A program made the position numbers and the translations under genes. The notes under the pieces were generated by a model that did not search any database, was not told where the DNA came from, and saw only the letters and a list, made by a program, of their open reading frames with translations. 64,000 bases of DNA from Ruminococcus sp. (GTDB lineage: Bacteria > Bacillota > Clostridia > Oscillospirales > Ruminococcaceae): assembly GCF_017464355.1 (NCBI RefSeq), contig NZ_JAFUAG010000023.1, forward strand, positions 2,089-66,088. The letters run 5' to 3'. How positions within the stretch are numbered: the stretch's first letter is position 1; every line of letters begins with the position of its first letter. Shown here in pieces: positions 46,449 to 56,549 of the stretch.

Positions 46449-48272
46449 TTATTGACTGCCGCCCTTGGTCTTCATGAGTTCCTCGATCTTTTTCAGCATA
46501 TCTTCATTGCTCTCAGTTTCTCCGTTCTGCGGGGCGTGCTTGCGGTTGTAATCCTTGATAGACTTTATGTACTCAAAGGCAACTTCCCTGTTCACATTCA
46601 GCTTATCATACTTGGTTATCATCTGCTTGAATTCCTGCACATCTTCCAGCGTAAACTCTTCCAGGAAAGTTTCGGGGGTGACATACTCGCCCACAGCTAT
46701 CTTTCCCAGCAGGCTGACAAATATCCGCCTGTTGAATTCATCGGTGAATTCATCGGGAGATATCTGCTTGCTCACCTCAGCAGCCATATCGCTGTTCATG
46801 TAAACGTAGTAGATGAGCCCACGTTCACCCGTAAAGGCCTTGTTTGTCGGGCGGTTATCCTCCCGTTGGATAAGCTGCCTTTCCTTTTCACGCTGCTCGG
46901 TCTTCTCCTGAAGATCTTCCATATCAGCGGCTATCTTATTGACGGTTTCCCGCACCACCTCAAAGGTCACGGAATACTTCTCTGCCAGCTGACGCTCCAT
47001 GGTGTCCCTGGCAGTGTCGTCAGGCTCGATAGCGATAGCGTGGTAGGCTTTGCGCAGAAACTTCGTCTTGTCGTTGCGGTTCTCCAGATCAAGTCCCCGC
47101 TTGAAGACTTCCAGTTCAAAATCAAAACCATCGGTGGCATTGCTTAACAGATATTTAAAGTGGTCTTCACCGAACTTGTTTATATACTCATCGGGGTCCT
47201 TGGCACCCTCCATGCGGATAACGCTGCTGCCCATGCCCCCTGCCCTCAGCAGACCTATGGCACGCAGCGCAGCTTTCTGGCCAGCTTCATCTGAGTCATA
47301 GCAGATGACTATCTCGTCAGCATAGGTCTTCATGGCCTTTATCTGTTCGGGAGTAAGTGCTGTTCCGCAGGAAGCCACAGCGTTTTTAAAGCCGTGCTGG
47401 TACAGCGAGATAACGTCAAGGTTGCCCTCGCACAGCAGCAGCTTGCGCTCTGTCACGGCGCTGTCCTTGGCATAGTTCAGCGAGAAAACGAACCGTGATT
47501 TTGAATAGCCGTCGGGGGTCTTTTTTCCCCCGCTTCTGCGGTATTCCTCTGAAACGGTATCACTGGTGTTGAGGTACTTGCGCTTGTCGTCCCCCAGGGT
47601 CCTTCCACCAAAGCCTACTATATTCCCCGCCACATCTATAAAGGGGAACATGGCTCTGTCCACAAAGAAATCATAGGTATTCCCGTTCTTCTGAGAACGG
47701 AAGATAAGTGAAGCATCTATCAGCTCATCTTCGCTGTAGCCCTCGCCCAGCATATATATCTTCAGCGCCGTCCAGCTGTTGGGGGCACAGCCCATGCCGT
47801 ACTTGTTTATGGTTGCCGCATCGAGCTTGCGCTGCTTCATGAGATAATTCAGGCAGCGCACCCCGTCGGGGGTCTTAAGCTGCGCCCTGAAAAACAAGGC
47901 TGCCTTTTTGTTCATCTCATAAAGCCGCTGTCTGCGCTTGTAGCTGCGGTCGCTGTCGCCGCTGCCCGCAGGGACTGTCAGCCCCGCACGCTGCGCCAGA
48001 TAGTTTATAGCGTCCATAAAGCCGAGATTGCGGTACTTTCGCACAAATGCTATCACATCTCCGCTGACGCCGCAGCCGAAGCAGTGGAAGAACCCCTTAT
48101 CGGGCACCACACTGCATGAAGCCGTTTTCTCACCGTGAAAAGGGCATTTGCACATATATCCCCGCCCTGACAATTTCAGGTCTATGCCGTTTTCCCGCAT
48201 GACCTCATTGATCGGGTTTTCAAATTTCAGCTTTTCAAGAAATGCCTGATCCAAAGCTGCGCCCCTTTCCAA
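46449..48272 (-). CDS. dnaG: DNA primase
   Basis: Zinc-binding [20 protein letters not shown], a TOPRIM region (EGNLDVISL), and a C-terminal helicase-interaction domain. Confidence 0.95.
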   Translation of the reverse strand: MERGAALDQAFLEKLKFENPINEVMRENGIDLKLSGRGYMCKCPFHGEKTASCSVVPDKGFFHCFGCGVSGDVIAFVRKYRNLGFMDAINYLAQRAGLTVPAGSGDSDRSYKRRQRLYEMNKKAALFFRAQLKTPDGVRCLNYLMKQRKLDAATINKYGMGCAPNSWTALKIYMLGEGYSEDELIDASLIFRSQKNGNTYDFFVDRAMFPFIDVAGNIVGFGGRTLGDDKRKYLNTSDTVSEEYRRSGGKKTPDGYSKSRFVFSLNYAKDSAVTERKLLLCEGNLDVISLYQHGFKNAVASCGTALTPEQIKAMKTYADEIVICYDSDEAGQKAALRAIGLLRAGGMGSSVIRMEGAKDPDEYINKFGEDHFKYLLSNATDGFDFELEVFKRGLDLENRNDKTKFLRKAYHAIAIEPDDTARDTMERQLAEKYSVTFEVVRETVNKIAADMEDLQEKTEQREKERQLIQREDNRPTNKAFTGERGLIYYVYMNSDMAAEVSKQISPDEFTDEFNRRIFVSLLGKIAVGEYVTPETFLEEFTLEDVQEFKQMITKYDKLNVNREVAFEYIKSIKDYNRKHAPQNGETESNEDMLKKIEELMKTKGGSQ

Positions 48273-48339
48273 TAAATACCGAAGACAAAATGCACGGCAG
48301 CGCCGCCCATATCGTCAGCAAAAATAACAGACCCTGCGT

Positions 48340-49359
48340 TCACTTGACCATCCAGGCCGCAGGTATAAAAAGCTCCTTGAAAGTTTCCACCGCGAACACA
48401 TCTGTCATGCCTGAGATATAATCGCAGACCGCCATATCCACCCCGTAGTGGTATGCCAGATTGAGATACATGGCAGGCAGCGCCTCGATGTGGTCGGTGT
48501 AATATTTATACAGAAAAGATATCATGTCCTGCGCCTTGCGCTCCTCGCTCTTGCAGGCGGGGTTGGTGTACACGCTGTCGAACATGAAGCGGTGGAGCGC
48601 CCTGTAGGCCTTGTCCACCTCAGGGGACATACCCAGCGCCCCCTCATTTTCGCCTATGCCCTCATGCAGGCCGTTTTCCACCAGCGAAGTCACCAGGGTG
48701 GTTATCCTCTCGCTCTTCCCGTGGCCGAGAACATTTGTTATGGCAGAAGGTATATCCTCCTCCCTCAATATCCCCGCCCTGACGGAATCATCGATATCGT
48801 GGTTTATGTAAGCGATAACGTCCGCATAGCGCACAGCGTAGCCCTCATAGGTACTTGCGACCTTGTTGGTATGCTTGAGTATACCGTCCCTTACCTCACG
48901 GGTAAGGTTAAGACCCTTTCCCTCTTTCTCCAGTATATCCACCACCCTGAGGCTCTGCTCATAATGGTGAAAACCGTAGGGGCTGAGCTCATTGAGCATA
49001 CGCTCACCTGCGTGGCCGAAGGGTGTGTGTCCCAGGTCGTGACCCAGGGCTATGGCTTCGGTCAGGTCCTCATTCAGCCGCAGCGCCCTGGCGATAGTGC
49101 GGGCTATCTGGCTGACTTCCAGCGTGTGGGTAAGCCTGGTGCGGTAATGGTCGCCTGCAGGTGTCAGGAAGACCTGCGTTTTATGCTTGAGCCTCCTGAA
49201 AGCGTTGCAGTGCAGTATCCTGTCCTTATCCCGCTGGAACTCTGTCCTCAGGTCACATTTATCCTCGGGAAGATCCCGTCCTGCGGTGCTGTCTGCAAAG
49301 CAGGCGCTCTCACAGAGTATGGTGTGTTCAAAATGCTCGGTCTGTTCTCTGGGCAGCAT
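48340..49359 (-). CDS. dgt: dGTPase-like HD-domain triphosphohydrolase
   Basis: RTRLTHTLEVSQIARTIAR and GHDLGHTPFGHAGE. Start set to MLPREQTEHF (ATG 49359); the longer ORF-track version spans a terminator hairpin. Confidence 0.88.
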   Translation of the reverse strand: MLPREQTEHFEHTILCESACFADSTAGRDLPEDKCDLRTEFQRDKDRILHCNAFRRLKHKTQVFLTPAGDHYRTRLTHTLEVSQIARTIARALRLNEDLTEAIALGHDLGHTPFGHAGERMLNELSPYGFHHYEQSLRVVDILEKEGKGLNLTREVRDGILKHTNKVASTYEGYAVRYADVIAYINHDIDDSVRAGILREEDIPSAITNVLGHGKSERITTLVTSLVENGLHEGIGENEGALGMSPEVDKAYRALHRFMFDSVYTNPACKSEERKAQDMISFLYKYYTDHIEALPAMYLNLAYHYGVDMAVCDYISGMTDVFAVETFKELFIPAAWMVK

Positions 49360-49420
49360 GGCATTCACCCTTTCTATACAGAAGCTTTTCTGTTTACACT
49401 TATAATATAGCCTATATATT

Positions 49421-49458
49421 TTAAAAATGCCTTTATTTTTACATAAAGGCATTTAATT
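49421..49458. terminator. Terminator after yigZ
   Basis: 11-bp stem AAATGCCTTTA (49425-49435) / TAAAGGCATTT (49444-49454), with T/A runs on both sides. Confidence 0.6.
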
Positions 49459-49518
49459 TTTGTACATTATAACAAAAGTCCTATAAATAAAATGTGAACG
49501 CTTGTGCAGAACGCGCAC

Positions 49519-50145
49519 TTATTTTCCCGAGAAATCTGCCCACAGCCCCTTATCCTCTTCCCAGCTCAGCTGGCCGTTGGAAACATCGGTAAGCCTTCGC
49601 TTAAGGGCTTCGGCCTGCTCATCTTTAACAAGCACCGCCATATTGACCTTATCTGCAAAATCTTCCTTTTCATTTATTACCCCGAACTCAGGCAGAAGAT
49701 AGCTGACCTTGCCGTAAAGGGTATAGTCGCAGGAAAAACTTATGCGGGAGCAAAGGCACATCTCCATGACCTTAGCCGCCCCCACCGCCAGTGAGCAAGC
49801 CTGCGAATAGGCTCTCACAAGACCGCTGGCACCCAGCAGTATCCCGCCGAAGTACCTTGTTACTACCACGCATACATCTGTCAGCCCCGCCTTGTTTATA
49901 ACGTCCAGCACGGGAACACCCCCTGTTCCCTGGGGCTCGCCGTCATCGGAATAACGGGAAACGTTGCCCTCTCTCAGCACATAGGCATAAACGTTGTGTC
50001 TTGCCTTGCGGTTCTCGGCCTTTATCTTTTCGATGAAAGTCACCGCCTGCTCAGGGGTCTGCACAGGCATGATATGCCCTATGAACTCACTTTTCTTTTC
50101 AACAAAGCTGTCACTTGCATATCCGTAGACGGTCTTGTAATCCAT
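49519..50145 (-). CDS. yigZ: IMPACT/YigZ-family protein
   Basis: Start MDYKTVYGYA behind AGGAGG. KKSEFIGHI...ARHNVYAY motif of UPF0029. Confidence 0.85.
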   Translation of the reverse strand: MDYKTVYGYASDSFVEKKSEFIGHIMPVQTPEQAVTFIEKIKAENRKARHNVYAYVLREGNVSRYSDDGEPQGTGGVPVLDVINKAGLTDVCVVVTRYFGGILLGASGLVRAYSQACSLAVGAAKVMEMCLCSRISFSCDYTLYGKVSYLLPEFGVINEKEDFADKVNMAVLVKDEQAEALKRRLTDVSNGQLSWEEDKGLWADFSGK

Positions 50146-50175
50146 GGCGTTTTTCCTCCTACTCGTATTCGGGGT

Positions 50176-50207
50176 GAAAAAAAGAGTGGAAATTACTTCC
50201 ACTCTTT
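50176..50207 (-). terminator. rpmE terminator
   Basis: AAAGAGTGGAA (50181-50191) / TTCCACTCTTT (50197-50207). On the minus strand it is followed by a T-run. Confidence 0.75.
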
Positions 50208-50219
50208 AACTCGTCATAA

Positions 50220-50420
50220 TTAGTCGAGATTGAATCTCTTCTTGAATCTGTCAACACGTCCGCCGCTGTCAACCAGCTTCTGCTTACCTGTGAAGAAAGG
50301 GTGGCACTTGGAGCAGATCTCGACCTTGATGTTCTCCTTGGTAGAACGGGTGTTGATCACATTACCGCAAGCGCAGGTGATAGTAGTCTCAACGTACTTA
50401 GGGTGAATGTCCTTTCTCAT
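50220..50420 (-). CDS. rpmE: 50S ribosomal protein L31 (zinc-binding type A)
   Basis: [20 protein letters not shown] ... [13 protein letters not shown]. Confidence 0.95.
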   Translation of the reverse strand: MRKDIHPKYVETTITCACGNVINTRSTKENIKVEICSKCHPFFTGKQKLVDSGGRVDRFKKRFNLD

Positions 50421-50560
50421 TTCAGATGACCTCCTTCCAAACTAAAGTTTATGGCTCATAGAAGCCCATCATCCTTAGTTCAGACAGTAGTTCTATGCAG
50501 CATTCATTTTCATGTCCTATTAGACTAAATTATTATACCACCCCACAGGTATTTTGTCAA
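50421..50560 (-). promoter_or_regulatory. rpmE promoter plus ~110-nt leader
   Basis: Minus strand: TTGACA (50560..50555), 17 nt, TGgTATAAT (-10 at 50537..50532), then a leader with an imperfect hairpin ATGGGCTTCTATGAGCCAT before GGAGG. Confidence 0.5.
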
Positions 50561-50617
50561 TACGGTTCATATATTTTTTACATTTGAGAAAAGCGTAGCC
50601 CTCCGCACATTTATTTA

Positions 50618-52675
50618 TCAGAACATTCCTTTTCCGCCCATGCGGCCGAAGCCATTGCCGCTGCCGTTGGAGGTTATGACACCTTCAAGTGTAATGGTCT
50701 CGCTCTCATCACCTGCGGTGACAGTGTAGCTCTCGCCCTCGGCAAGGTCAGGAGATGAGAAGATAACGCCCTGCCAGGTCTTATCATTTGTAAAGGAAAG
50801 TATGGTGTTCCCTGCCGAATCTGTAACGTCGAACTCTGTGCCTGCGGCAAAGGTGCTTGTGAAGTCGTGGAGAACAGCGCACTGGGTCGTGCCGCTTTCT
50901 TCAAACATCTCCTCCATGCCCACAGCCCCAGAAGCTATGATAGTGCCCCCTGTTATGCTGGCACTGCCGTTGTGGTCCACCGAGCCGTTGCCGTTGTTTT
51001 CGGGGCCGCTTACGGTGATATAGCCGCCCTCCACATAGAGGTCGCCGTTTGAGTCAAGGCCGTCGCCCCCTGAGTTGACATACAGCGTGCCCCCCGATAT
51101 TTTCAGGAAGACACCCTCCTGGACTGCAAACTGATCTCTGCCCATGCGCCCCTCAGAAGCCGTATCGCTGCCGCCTGCACAGTTGATGCCGTCATCGCGG
51201 GCGGTAACACTGATGTCGCCCCCTGCTATGGTGACAGTCATGCCCTCGATGCCCTCATAGCTTTTCTCAATATCAACAGTGCCTCCGTCAATGACCAGAT
51301 CTCCGCCCACATGGATACCGTCGTCCCCCGAGGAAGCTGTCAAACTTCCGCCGCTGATATGGGCTGCGCCGTCACAGTGCAGGCTGTCATCGGCTGAGTC
51401 AATATTGAAAGCACCGTCTTCGATAACTATGTTACCGCCTGCTTTAAGGGCTTTTGCAGACTTGGTGCTGCTGTCCTCATCGGTCTGTATCTCATTGGAA
51501 GCAAAGCTGATATCAAGGTCTTCCCCGTTCACAGCAGGCTGCATATCTCCCCCGCCGAAGCCGTCGGGAGGTGTGCCCATGTCACCCATTTCTCCGCCCT
51601 CAAAGCCGTCGGGCGGTGTGCCCATATCGCCGAATTCGCCAAAGTTTTCGGGACGTTCGCCCATTTCACCGAATTTATCGGGGCGCTCACCCATATCCTC
51701 GAATTCGCCGTTCTCAAAGCCGCCCCTTTTGCCGCCGCGGCCGAAATCCTGCTGCCATTCGCCGTTTGGGGTGCCGTCATTTTTCACCGAGGCATTATCA
51801 CTGCCGCCCCCTGTAGTGATATCGAATTCTCCGCCTGTGATGGTGAGGTCAGCCGCCGCAGAAAAGCCGTCGCCCCCTGCGTTTATGGTAAAGCTGCCCC
51901 CTGTTACGCTGATGATGCCCGTGCCCTCCTCTTCATCGTTGGTGGACTTTATGCCGTCATTGCCGCTGGTAATATCGAAGCTGCCTGCGCTTATCTTCAC
52001 GCTGTCCTTGCCCGAAAGTGCTGTGCCCGCTGCGGTCACGGTCAGCTGACCACCTGTTATCACAAGGTCATCCTTGCTGACTATGCCGTGCTTGTAATTT
52101 CCGTTTACCGCAAGCTTGCCCTCGCCGTTTATGGTCAGGTCAGACTTGGAAAAAACTGCACCGTCGGTGTTATCACCCTCGGCCAGGTCATAGCTTTCAC
52201 CGTCCGAGAGGGTGTTCTCACTGCCCTCTTCCAGCAGCATGAAGACCTTATCCGCCGACTTTACCAGCACAGCCGCATTGTTTTTGCAGCAGAGGTCAAG
52301 GCCGTCAAGCACCAGCTTGACCTTGTCCTTTTCTCCTGCCTCAACGACTATCTGTCCGTCAGCACAGCTGCCCGAGAGGACATAGGTGCCTGCGGCAGTT
52401 ATAGTGACTTTTGTACCCTCGGCCGAAACACCGCTGCCTGCGGTCTCAGCGCCCTCATCGGAGAACACTATGTTCACCGAGTCGCTTTCCTCGTAGCCCA
52501 CCTCGATGTCGTCTGCCTCGATGCCTGCTTCTGCCGCCGTAACCACAGCAGCATTCGTTGATTTGACAGCAGCCGTGCTTTCCTTTGATGTACCCGTTTC
52601 CGCACAGCCTGCCATTGCTATGACAGTAACCGCTGCCGCACAGGCCGCCAGCCTTTTCATCACATTTATTTTCAT
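50618..52675 (-). CDS. Lipoprotein with parallel beta-helix repeats, Cthe_2159-like carbohydrate-binding domain protein
   Basis: Start MKINVMKRLAACAAAVTVIAMAGC (lipobox) behind GGAGGA. Reiterated GDG(I/L/F)(K/D/S)S / DDGI(H/N)C turns. Internal G/E/M/P-rich tandem linker. Confidence 0.65.
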   Translation of the reverse strand: MKINVMKRLAACAAAVTVIAMAGCAETGTSKESTAAVKSTNAAVVTAAEAGIEADDIEVGYEESDSVNIVFSDEGAETAGSGVSAEGTKVTITAAGTYVLSGSCADGQIVVEAGEKDKVKLVLDGLDLCCKNNAAVLVKSADKVFMLLEEGSENTLSDGESYDLAEGDNTDGAVFSKSDLTINGEGKLAVNGNYKHGIVSKDDLVITGGQLTVTAAGTALSGKDSVKISAGSFDITSGNDGIKSTNDEEEGTGIISVTGGSFTINAGGDGFSAAADLTITGGEFDITTGGGSDNASVKNDGTPNGEWQQDFGRGGKRGGFENGEFEDMGERPDKFGEMGERPENFGEFGDMGTPPDGFEGGEMGDMGTPPDGFGGGDMQPAVNGEDLDISFASNEIQTDEDSSTKSAKALKAGGNIVIEDGAFNIDSADDSLHCDGAAHISGGSLTASSGDDGIHVGGDLVIDGGTVDIEKSYEGIEGMTVTIAGGDISVTARDDGINCAGGSDTASEGRMGRDQFAVQEGVFLKISGGTLYVNSGGDGLDSNGDLYVEGGYITVSGPENNGNGSVDHNGSASITGGTIIASGAVGMEEMFEESGTTQCAVLHDFTSTFAAGTEFDVTDSAGNTILSFTNDKTWQGVIFSSPDLAEGESYTVTAGDESETITLEGVITSNGSGNGFGRMGGKGMF

Positions 52676-52730
52676 GGCATTATCCTCCATTTTATTAACT
52701 GTTTAAAACATTTAGCATTCATTTGCTTAC

Positions 52731-52768
52731 AAACAAACCTCCCCCGACGTATTATCCGTCGGGCGAGG
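52731..52768 (-). terminator. Intra-cluster terminator/attenuator between the DUF4956 gene and the beta-helix gene
   Basis: CCCGACG (52743-52749) / CGTCGGG (52757-52763), extendable to CCTC/GAGG. On the minus strand it is followed by TTTGTTTG. Confidence 0.5.
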
Positions 52769-52794
52769 GCGTTGTTATAAAATTATGAAGTTGT

Positions 52795-53490
52795 TTACAG
52801 CTGGTCGGTGTCTGTCATTTTGCGGCAGCAGAGTATTTCCAGGTTGCCGTTTCTCACTCTCAGCTCATCGATGAGGGCTTTCTCGCTCTTGCCCTTTTTG
52901 AGGGTGATGTCATATCTCAGCTTGAAAAGGCTGCCCATGTTGGTGGTCTTCACCTGCTCAAGTCTTGCCTTGGTGGTGAACTCCTTGAAGATATCATCGA
53001 AGACATCGCCGTAATCAAGGCTTTCGGGGATCGTGATAGTCAGGGTCTTCTCGTTGTCAGCACTTTCACCCAGGGGCAGGAGCATATAAACTGCATTTAC
53101 TGCACATACCACAGCTGTGAAGATAGCTGCCAGCATCAGGTGGTGTGTACCTGTTGCCAGACCCACTGCCATGGAAAGGAATATAGCCAGTATATCCTTG
53201 GCATTTCCCGGCATTGAACGGAACCTTACCAGGCTGAATGCACCTGCCACTGCAACACCTGTTCCCAGGTTGCCGTTGACCAGCATGATTATCACCTGAA
53301 CGATTACGGGCAGTAGCGCCAGTGTTGTGGCAAAGCTTTTGGTCTTCTGCTGCTTGAAGGTAAAGGCGAAAGCTATCACCGCCCCCACCAGCAGCGAAGC
53401 CAGTGTACAGAGAACGAAGTCTGTAGTAGAAATAGTGGAGGTCCCCACTGAAGAAGTCAGATCAATAGAAAATATGTTAAGCACAATCAT
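52795..53490 (-). CDS. DUF4956-family membrane protein
   Basis: 231 aa. TM helices plus FSLVRFRSMPGNAKDI motif. Overlaps the VTC gene end by 14 nt. Confidence 0.7.
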   Translation of the reverse strand: MIVLNIFSIDLTSSVGTSTISTTDFVLCTLASLLVGAVIAFAFTFKQQKTKSFATTLALLPVIVQVIIMLVNGNLGTGVAVAGAFSLVRFRSMPGNAKDILAIFLSMAVGLATGTHHLMLAAIFTAVVCAVNAVYMLLPLGESADNEKTLTITIPESLDYGDVFDDIFKEFTTKARLEQVKTTNMGSLFKLRYDITLKKGKSEKALIDELRVRNGNLEILCCRKMTDTDQL

Positions 53491-54250
53491 TCACCTTTCC
53501 TTTATCATTTGTATCGGTAAGCTTGAGGTATTTGTTCCGGTCGAGGGCACGGCTGAAAACCTGTTTGTAAGCCTCGCCGTATTTTGAGAAGCTGGCGGGA
53601 TAGATCTTCAGGTCGTCCAGCAGCCAGCTGAGCCACAGGGGCATGGCCCCCGGTATCTTGATCTCCATTATCCTTGTATGGGGATCGAGGAGCTTTGCGC
53701 CCCAGGACCCTTTTTCCAGCCTTATCTCCTCCTCGCGGTAGGTTATGTTGCTGTCAAAGGTTATGCGCAGGTCGGGGTTGCCGATACCTGCAAAAGCAAC
53801 TCTGTCGTAGCTTAGGTACATCGCAGGGGCTATGTCCTTGTAGAACTGAAGGAAATAAGCTATCTCCTTTTCTATCTGGGGATTTTTGCCAGGCATAATG
53901 CCGAAGTTCACGAACTCGTAGCTGTCCAGCAGGGACATATCCACGCGCCTTTTATAGACGACCCCTTTGTACTTCTTTTTCAGTTCCACGAAGACCTTGC
54001 CGTCCTTATCGGGAACACCGTAGCTCCGTATCCTGAGTTTTTCTTTGTATACGGGTTTCTCCATAGAAGTCCGTATCAGCCTGTGATCTGGGGTATCGTA
54101 ATATATGTTGCATATGGTGGTCAGCCCGTAGTTATCTGCGGCGGCCTTGCCTGTCATGCATCTTACAAGCTCTTCCTGCTGTTCATCGGTGACGATATAC
54201 TTTTTCTCGACACGCTTGAAGATCTCCTGTATAGCAGCCATATATCTCAT
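53477..54250 (-). CDS. VTC-domain (polyphosphate-polymerase-like, triphosphate tunnel fold) protein
   Basis: FKRVEKKYIV ... LRIRSY ... VELKKKYKGVVYKRR pattern of bacterial VTC-domain proteins. Confidence 0.7.
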   Translation of the reverse strand: MRYMAAIQEIFKRVEKKYIVTDEQQEELVRCMTGKAAADNYGLTTICNIYYDTPDHRLIRTSMEKPVYKEKLRIRSYGVPDKDGKVFVELKKKYKGVVYKRRVDMSLLDSYEFVNFGIMPGKNPQIEKEIAYFLQFYKDIAPAMYLSYDRVAFAGIGNPDLRITFDSNITYREEEIRLEKGSWGAKLLDPHTRIMEIKIPGAMPLWLSWLLDDLKIYPASFSKYGEAYKQVFSRALDRNKYLKLTDTNDKGKVNDCA

Positions 54251-54467
54251 TCCTTTCTGTTTGGGTCTTGGTATCTTCTATGGTTATAAGTATAAGCCCT
54301 CAACCTTAATCCTAGCTTAACCGAATGTGTAATTTTACTGAAATCACACAAATTTATACGGGACTTTAAAAAGCCCGAAAACAAGCGGTATGCGCCCTTA
54401 CCGTCAAGCGCTTGCCGCCTGTCTGTTCTTCTTGTTTATCATGATCTTAGTGCTTTTGCGGGGGAAA

Positions 54468-54486
54468 TTTAAGTTTAGTTTAAGTT
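54468..54486. promoter_or_regulatory. 11-bp-phased direct repeat TTTAAGTT-tag-TTTAAGTT
   Basis: Perfect 8-nt repeat at 54468 and 54479, between the HK stop (54502) and the VTC gene start (54250). Confidence 0.35.
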
Positions 54487-54501
54487 AATGCTCACGCCCC
54501 A

Positions 54502-55827
54502 TTATGCCCTGAACCTTGCTCTGAAAGCTATCCTGCCATCAGCAGCCTTGCAGTCTATCTTGCCCTTGTGGGCTTCCACTGTGGCTTTGGCTACCGAGAG
54601 CCCTATGCCGTAACCCGTCCGCTTCTCGCCCTCATCTCTCGCACGGGAGCTGTCTGCCCTGTAAAATCTCTCGAACAGCCTCTCGGGGTGCTCGGGAGGT
54701 TCCTTGCAGTCATTCTCCACCTGCACTATTATATGCCGACCACTCTGGGTCTTCTGCAGGGTGGCTTTTATGGAGCCGCCCTTGTCGCAATACTTCACCG
54801 CATTCTCGGTAAGTATGGAAACAATCTGTCTTATGCTGCCCTCATCGCCGTTCATATGTATGCCTTCCTCCGCATCGACCTCAAGGGTCAGCCCCTTGTT
54901 CTCTGCCAGTGTACGGAAAGGCATGGCGATATCTATAAAGGCATCGGTCAGGTCGAAATCAACAAAGGTAAGCTTTACCTTGTCGCCGTCCATGCGGGCA
55001 AGCTTGAGCATATCAGCTATCAGGCCGTTCAGGCGCTCTATCTGGTTCTTTATGCTCTGCGTCCACTCGCTGGGCTCACTTATCATCTCGATGACTTCAG
55101 TGTTGGCCGAGATTATAGCCAGTGGCGTTTTTATCTCGTGACCTGCATCGGTGATGAAAGTGCGCTGTCTTTCATAGTTCTCTATAAAAGGTCTGACGGC
55201 AAATCTGGAGCATACTATTATAAGTACGCAGACCAGCAGCCACCCCCCCAGAGATATGGCAGCGGACACCAGTATAAAGTTGTTCCTTGTACGGATATCA
55301 TCACGGCAGTCCAGAAAAATGTACATAACTCCGCCGTCAGCAGTATCTGTCACCACATAGCGGTAATTCTCCTGAAAGCCCGAGGTCTTCCCCTCAGCAC
55401 TGACATTTTCAGCATATTCCAGCGCCTGTTCGCTGGATACCGCTGCGATATGGCCTGTATTGACCTTGACAGGCTGCATAGCGCTGTTATACCGCACATA
55501 GAAATATCTGGTCTGATAGCGGGTCTCCTCATTGAACCTGCTGTGGTACTTGTCATTCTCGGGAGCGGGAGGCGGCGCTTCCGCAGCGGATGTTTCGGTA
55601 AGGCTCACATCGCCGTACCTGTTATCCGGCTTAATGGTCTTCTGCTCTTTATGCATGAAATCGGGGAACTCGCCCTCGTTTTCACAGAGTATCTGCATAA
55701 GGTCCTGTTCCCTCTTATTCATCTGGCCGATGTTGATGACATTTATCAGCCCCACGACCACCAGTTCCACCACGAAGACGCTGACAGCGGCGATAAGCAC
55801 GAACCTGCGCCGCAGCCGCTTTATCAT
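54502..55827 (-). CDS. Sensor histidine kinase with a ~150-aa extracytoplasmic domain
   Basis: H-box AGHEIKTPLA and G-box GYGIGLSVA. Two TM helices flank a periplasmic-type loop. Confidence 0.9.
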   Translation of the reverse strand: MIKRLRRRFVLIAAVSVFVVELVVVGLINVINIGQMNKREQDLMQILCENEGEFPDFMHKEQKTIKPDNRYGDVSLTETSAAEAPPPAPENDKYHSRFNEETRYQTRYFYVRYNSAMQPVKVNTGHIAAVSSEQALEYAENVSAEGKTSGFQENYRYVVTDTADGGVMYIFLDCRDDIRTRNNFILVSAAISLGGWLLVCVLIIVCSRFAVRPFIENYERQRTFITDAGHEIKTPLAIISANTEVIEMISEPSEWTQSIKNQIERLNGLIADMLKLARMDGDKVKLTFVDFDLTDAFIDIAMPFRTLAENKGLTLEVDAEEGIHMNGDEGSIRQIVSILTENAVKYCDKGGSIKATLQKTQSGRHIIVQVENDCKEPPEHPERLFERFYRADSSRARDEGEKRTGYGIGLSVAKATVEAHKGKIDCKAADGRIAFRARFRA

Positions 55828-56501
55828 TCCTTGACCTCCAGGGTATAGCCCACACCGCGGCTGGCCTTTATCTCCACATCAGCCCCTACAGAGGCAAGTT
55901 TCTTGCGGATATAGGAGATATACACCCACACCACGCTTATCTCGGCCTCGGCATCGAAGCCCCATATCTTCTCCATGAGCCTTTCGGTGGAGATGAGCAC
56001 ATTGCGGTTGAGCATGAGCATTTCCAGCACCTGGAATTCCTTGTTGCCAAGCTTGGTCTCGCCCCCCTGCGGGGTCGAGATGACAAAGCGCTCCCTGTCC
56101 AGGGTAACGTTGCCTACTTTCAGCGAATTAGGCGAGAACTCGGTCTTTCTGCGGGTCATGGCACGTATCCTGGCCAGCAGCTCGCCCATAGCGAAGGGCT
56201 TGGTCAGGTAATCATCAGCGCCGCTGTCAAGACCTGTTATCCTGTCCTCGACCTGAGATTTAGCGGTGAGGAGCAGCACAGGAGTCTGTATGCCCTTGTC
56301 ACGAATGCGCTTCAGAACGGTTATGCCGTCCATGCCCGGCATCATGATATCCAGTATTATCCCGTCATACTCGGCGCCTATGATATAGTCGTAGGCATCG
56401 AGCCCGTCATACACAGCGTCCACCGAATAATTGTTATGCTTAAGCACTGCTGCCAGTGCGTTGGAAAGTTCCTTTTCGTCTTCTGCCAGAAGAAGTCTCA
56501 T
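55824..56501 (-). CDS. OmpR/PhoB-family response regulator
   Basis: Start MRLLLAEDEKEL (ATG 56501). Receiver domain plus winged helix (VWVYISYIRKKL ... RGVGY). Confidence 0.92.
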   Translation of the reverse strand: MRLLLAEDEKELSNALAAVLKHNNYSVDAVYDGLDAYDYIIGAEYDGIILDIMMPGMDGITVLKRIRDKGIQTPVLLLTAKSQVEDRITGLDSGADDYLTKPFAMGELLARIRAMTRRKTEFSPNSLKVGNVTLDRERFVISTPQGGETKLGNKEFQVLEMLMLNRNVLISTERLMEKIWGFDAEAEISVVWVYISYIRKKLASVGADVEIKASRGVGYTLEVKE

Positions 56502-56549
56502 AATCATCCCCCGTTTCCTGAATTTATGGTCATACACCTTACAGGCCAT

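Noticed and set aside
45277-46455. 392-aa ORF antisense to rpoD. Similar long antisense ORFs occur at 54568..55848 (HK), 48448..49410 (dgt), 16714..17481 (paaK), 20003..20671 (iorA), 58124..59272 (LytTR RR/GH44), 46437..47147 (dnaG) and 38150..38830 (sbcD).
   Set aside because: All those checked sit in the same codon-aligned antisense register as the genuine gene; the offsets from the sense stop codon are multiples of 3. The sense genes have unmistakable family motifs. These are the same artefact as above.
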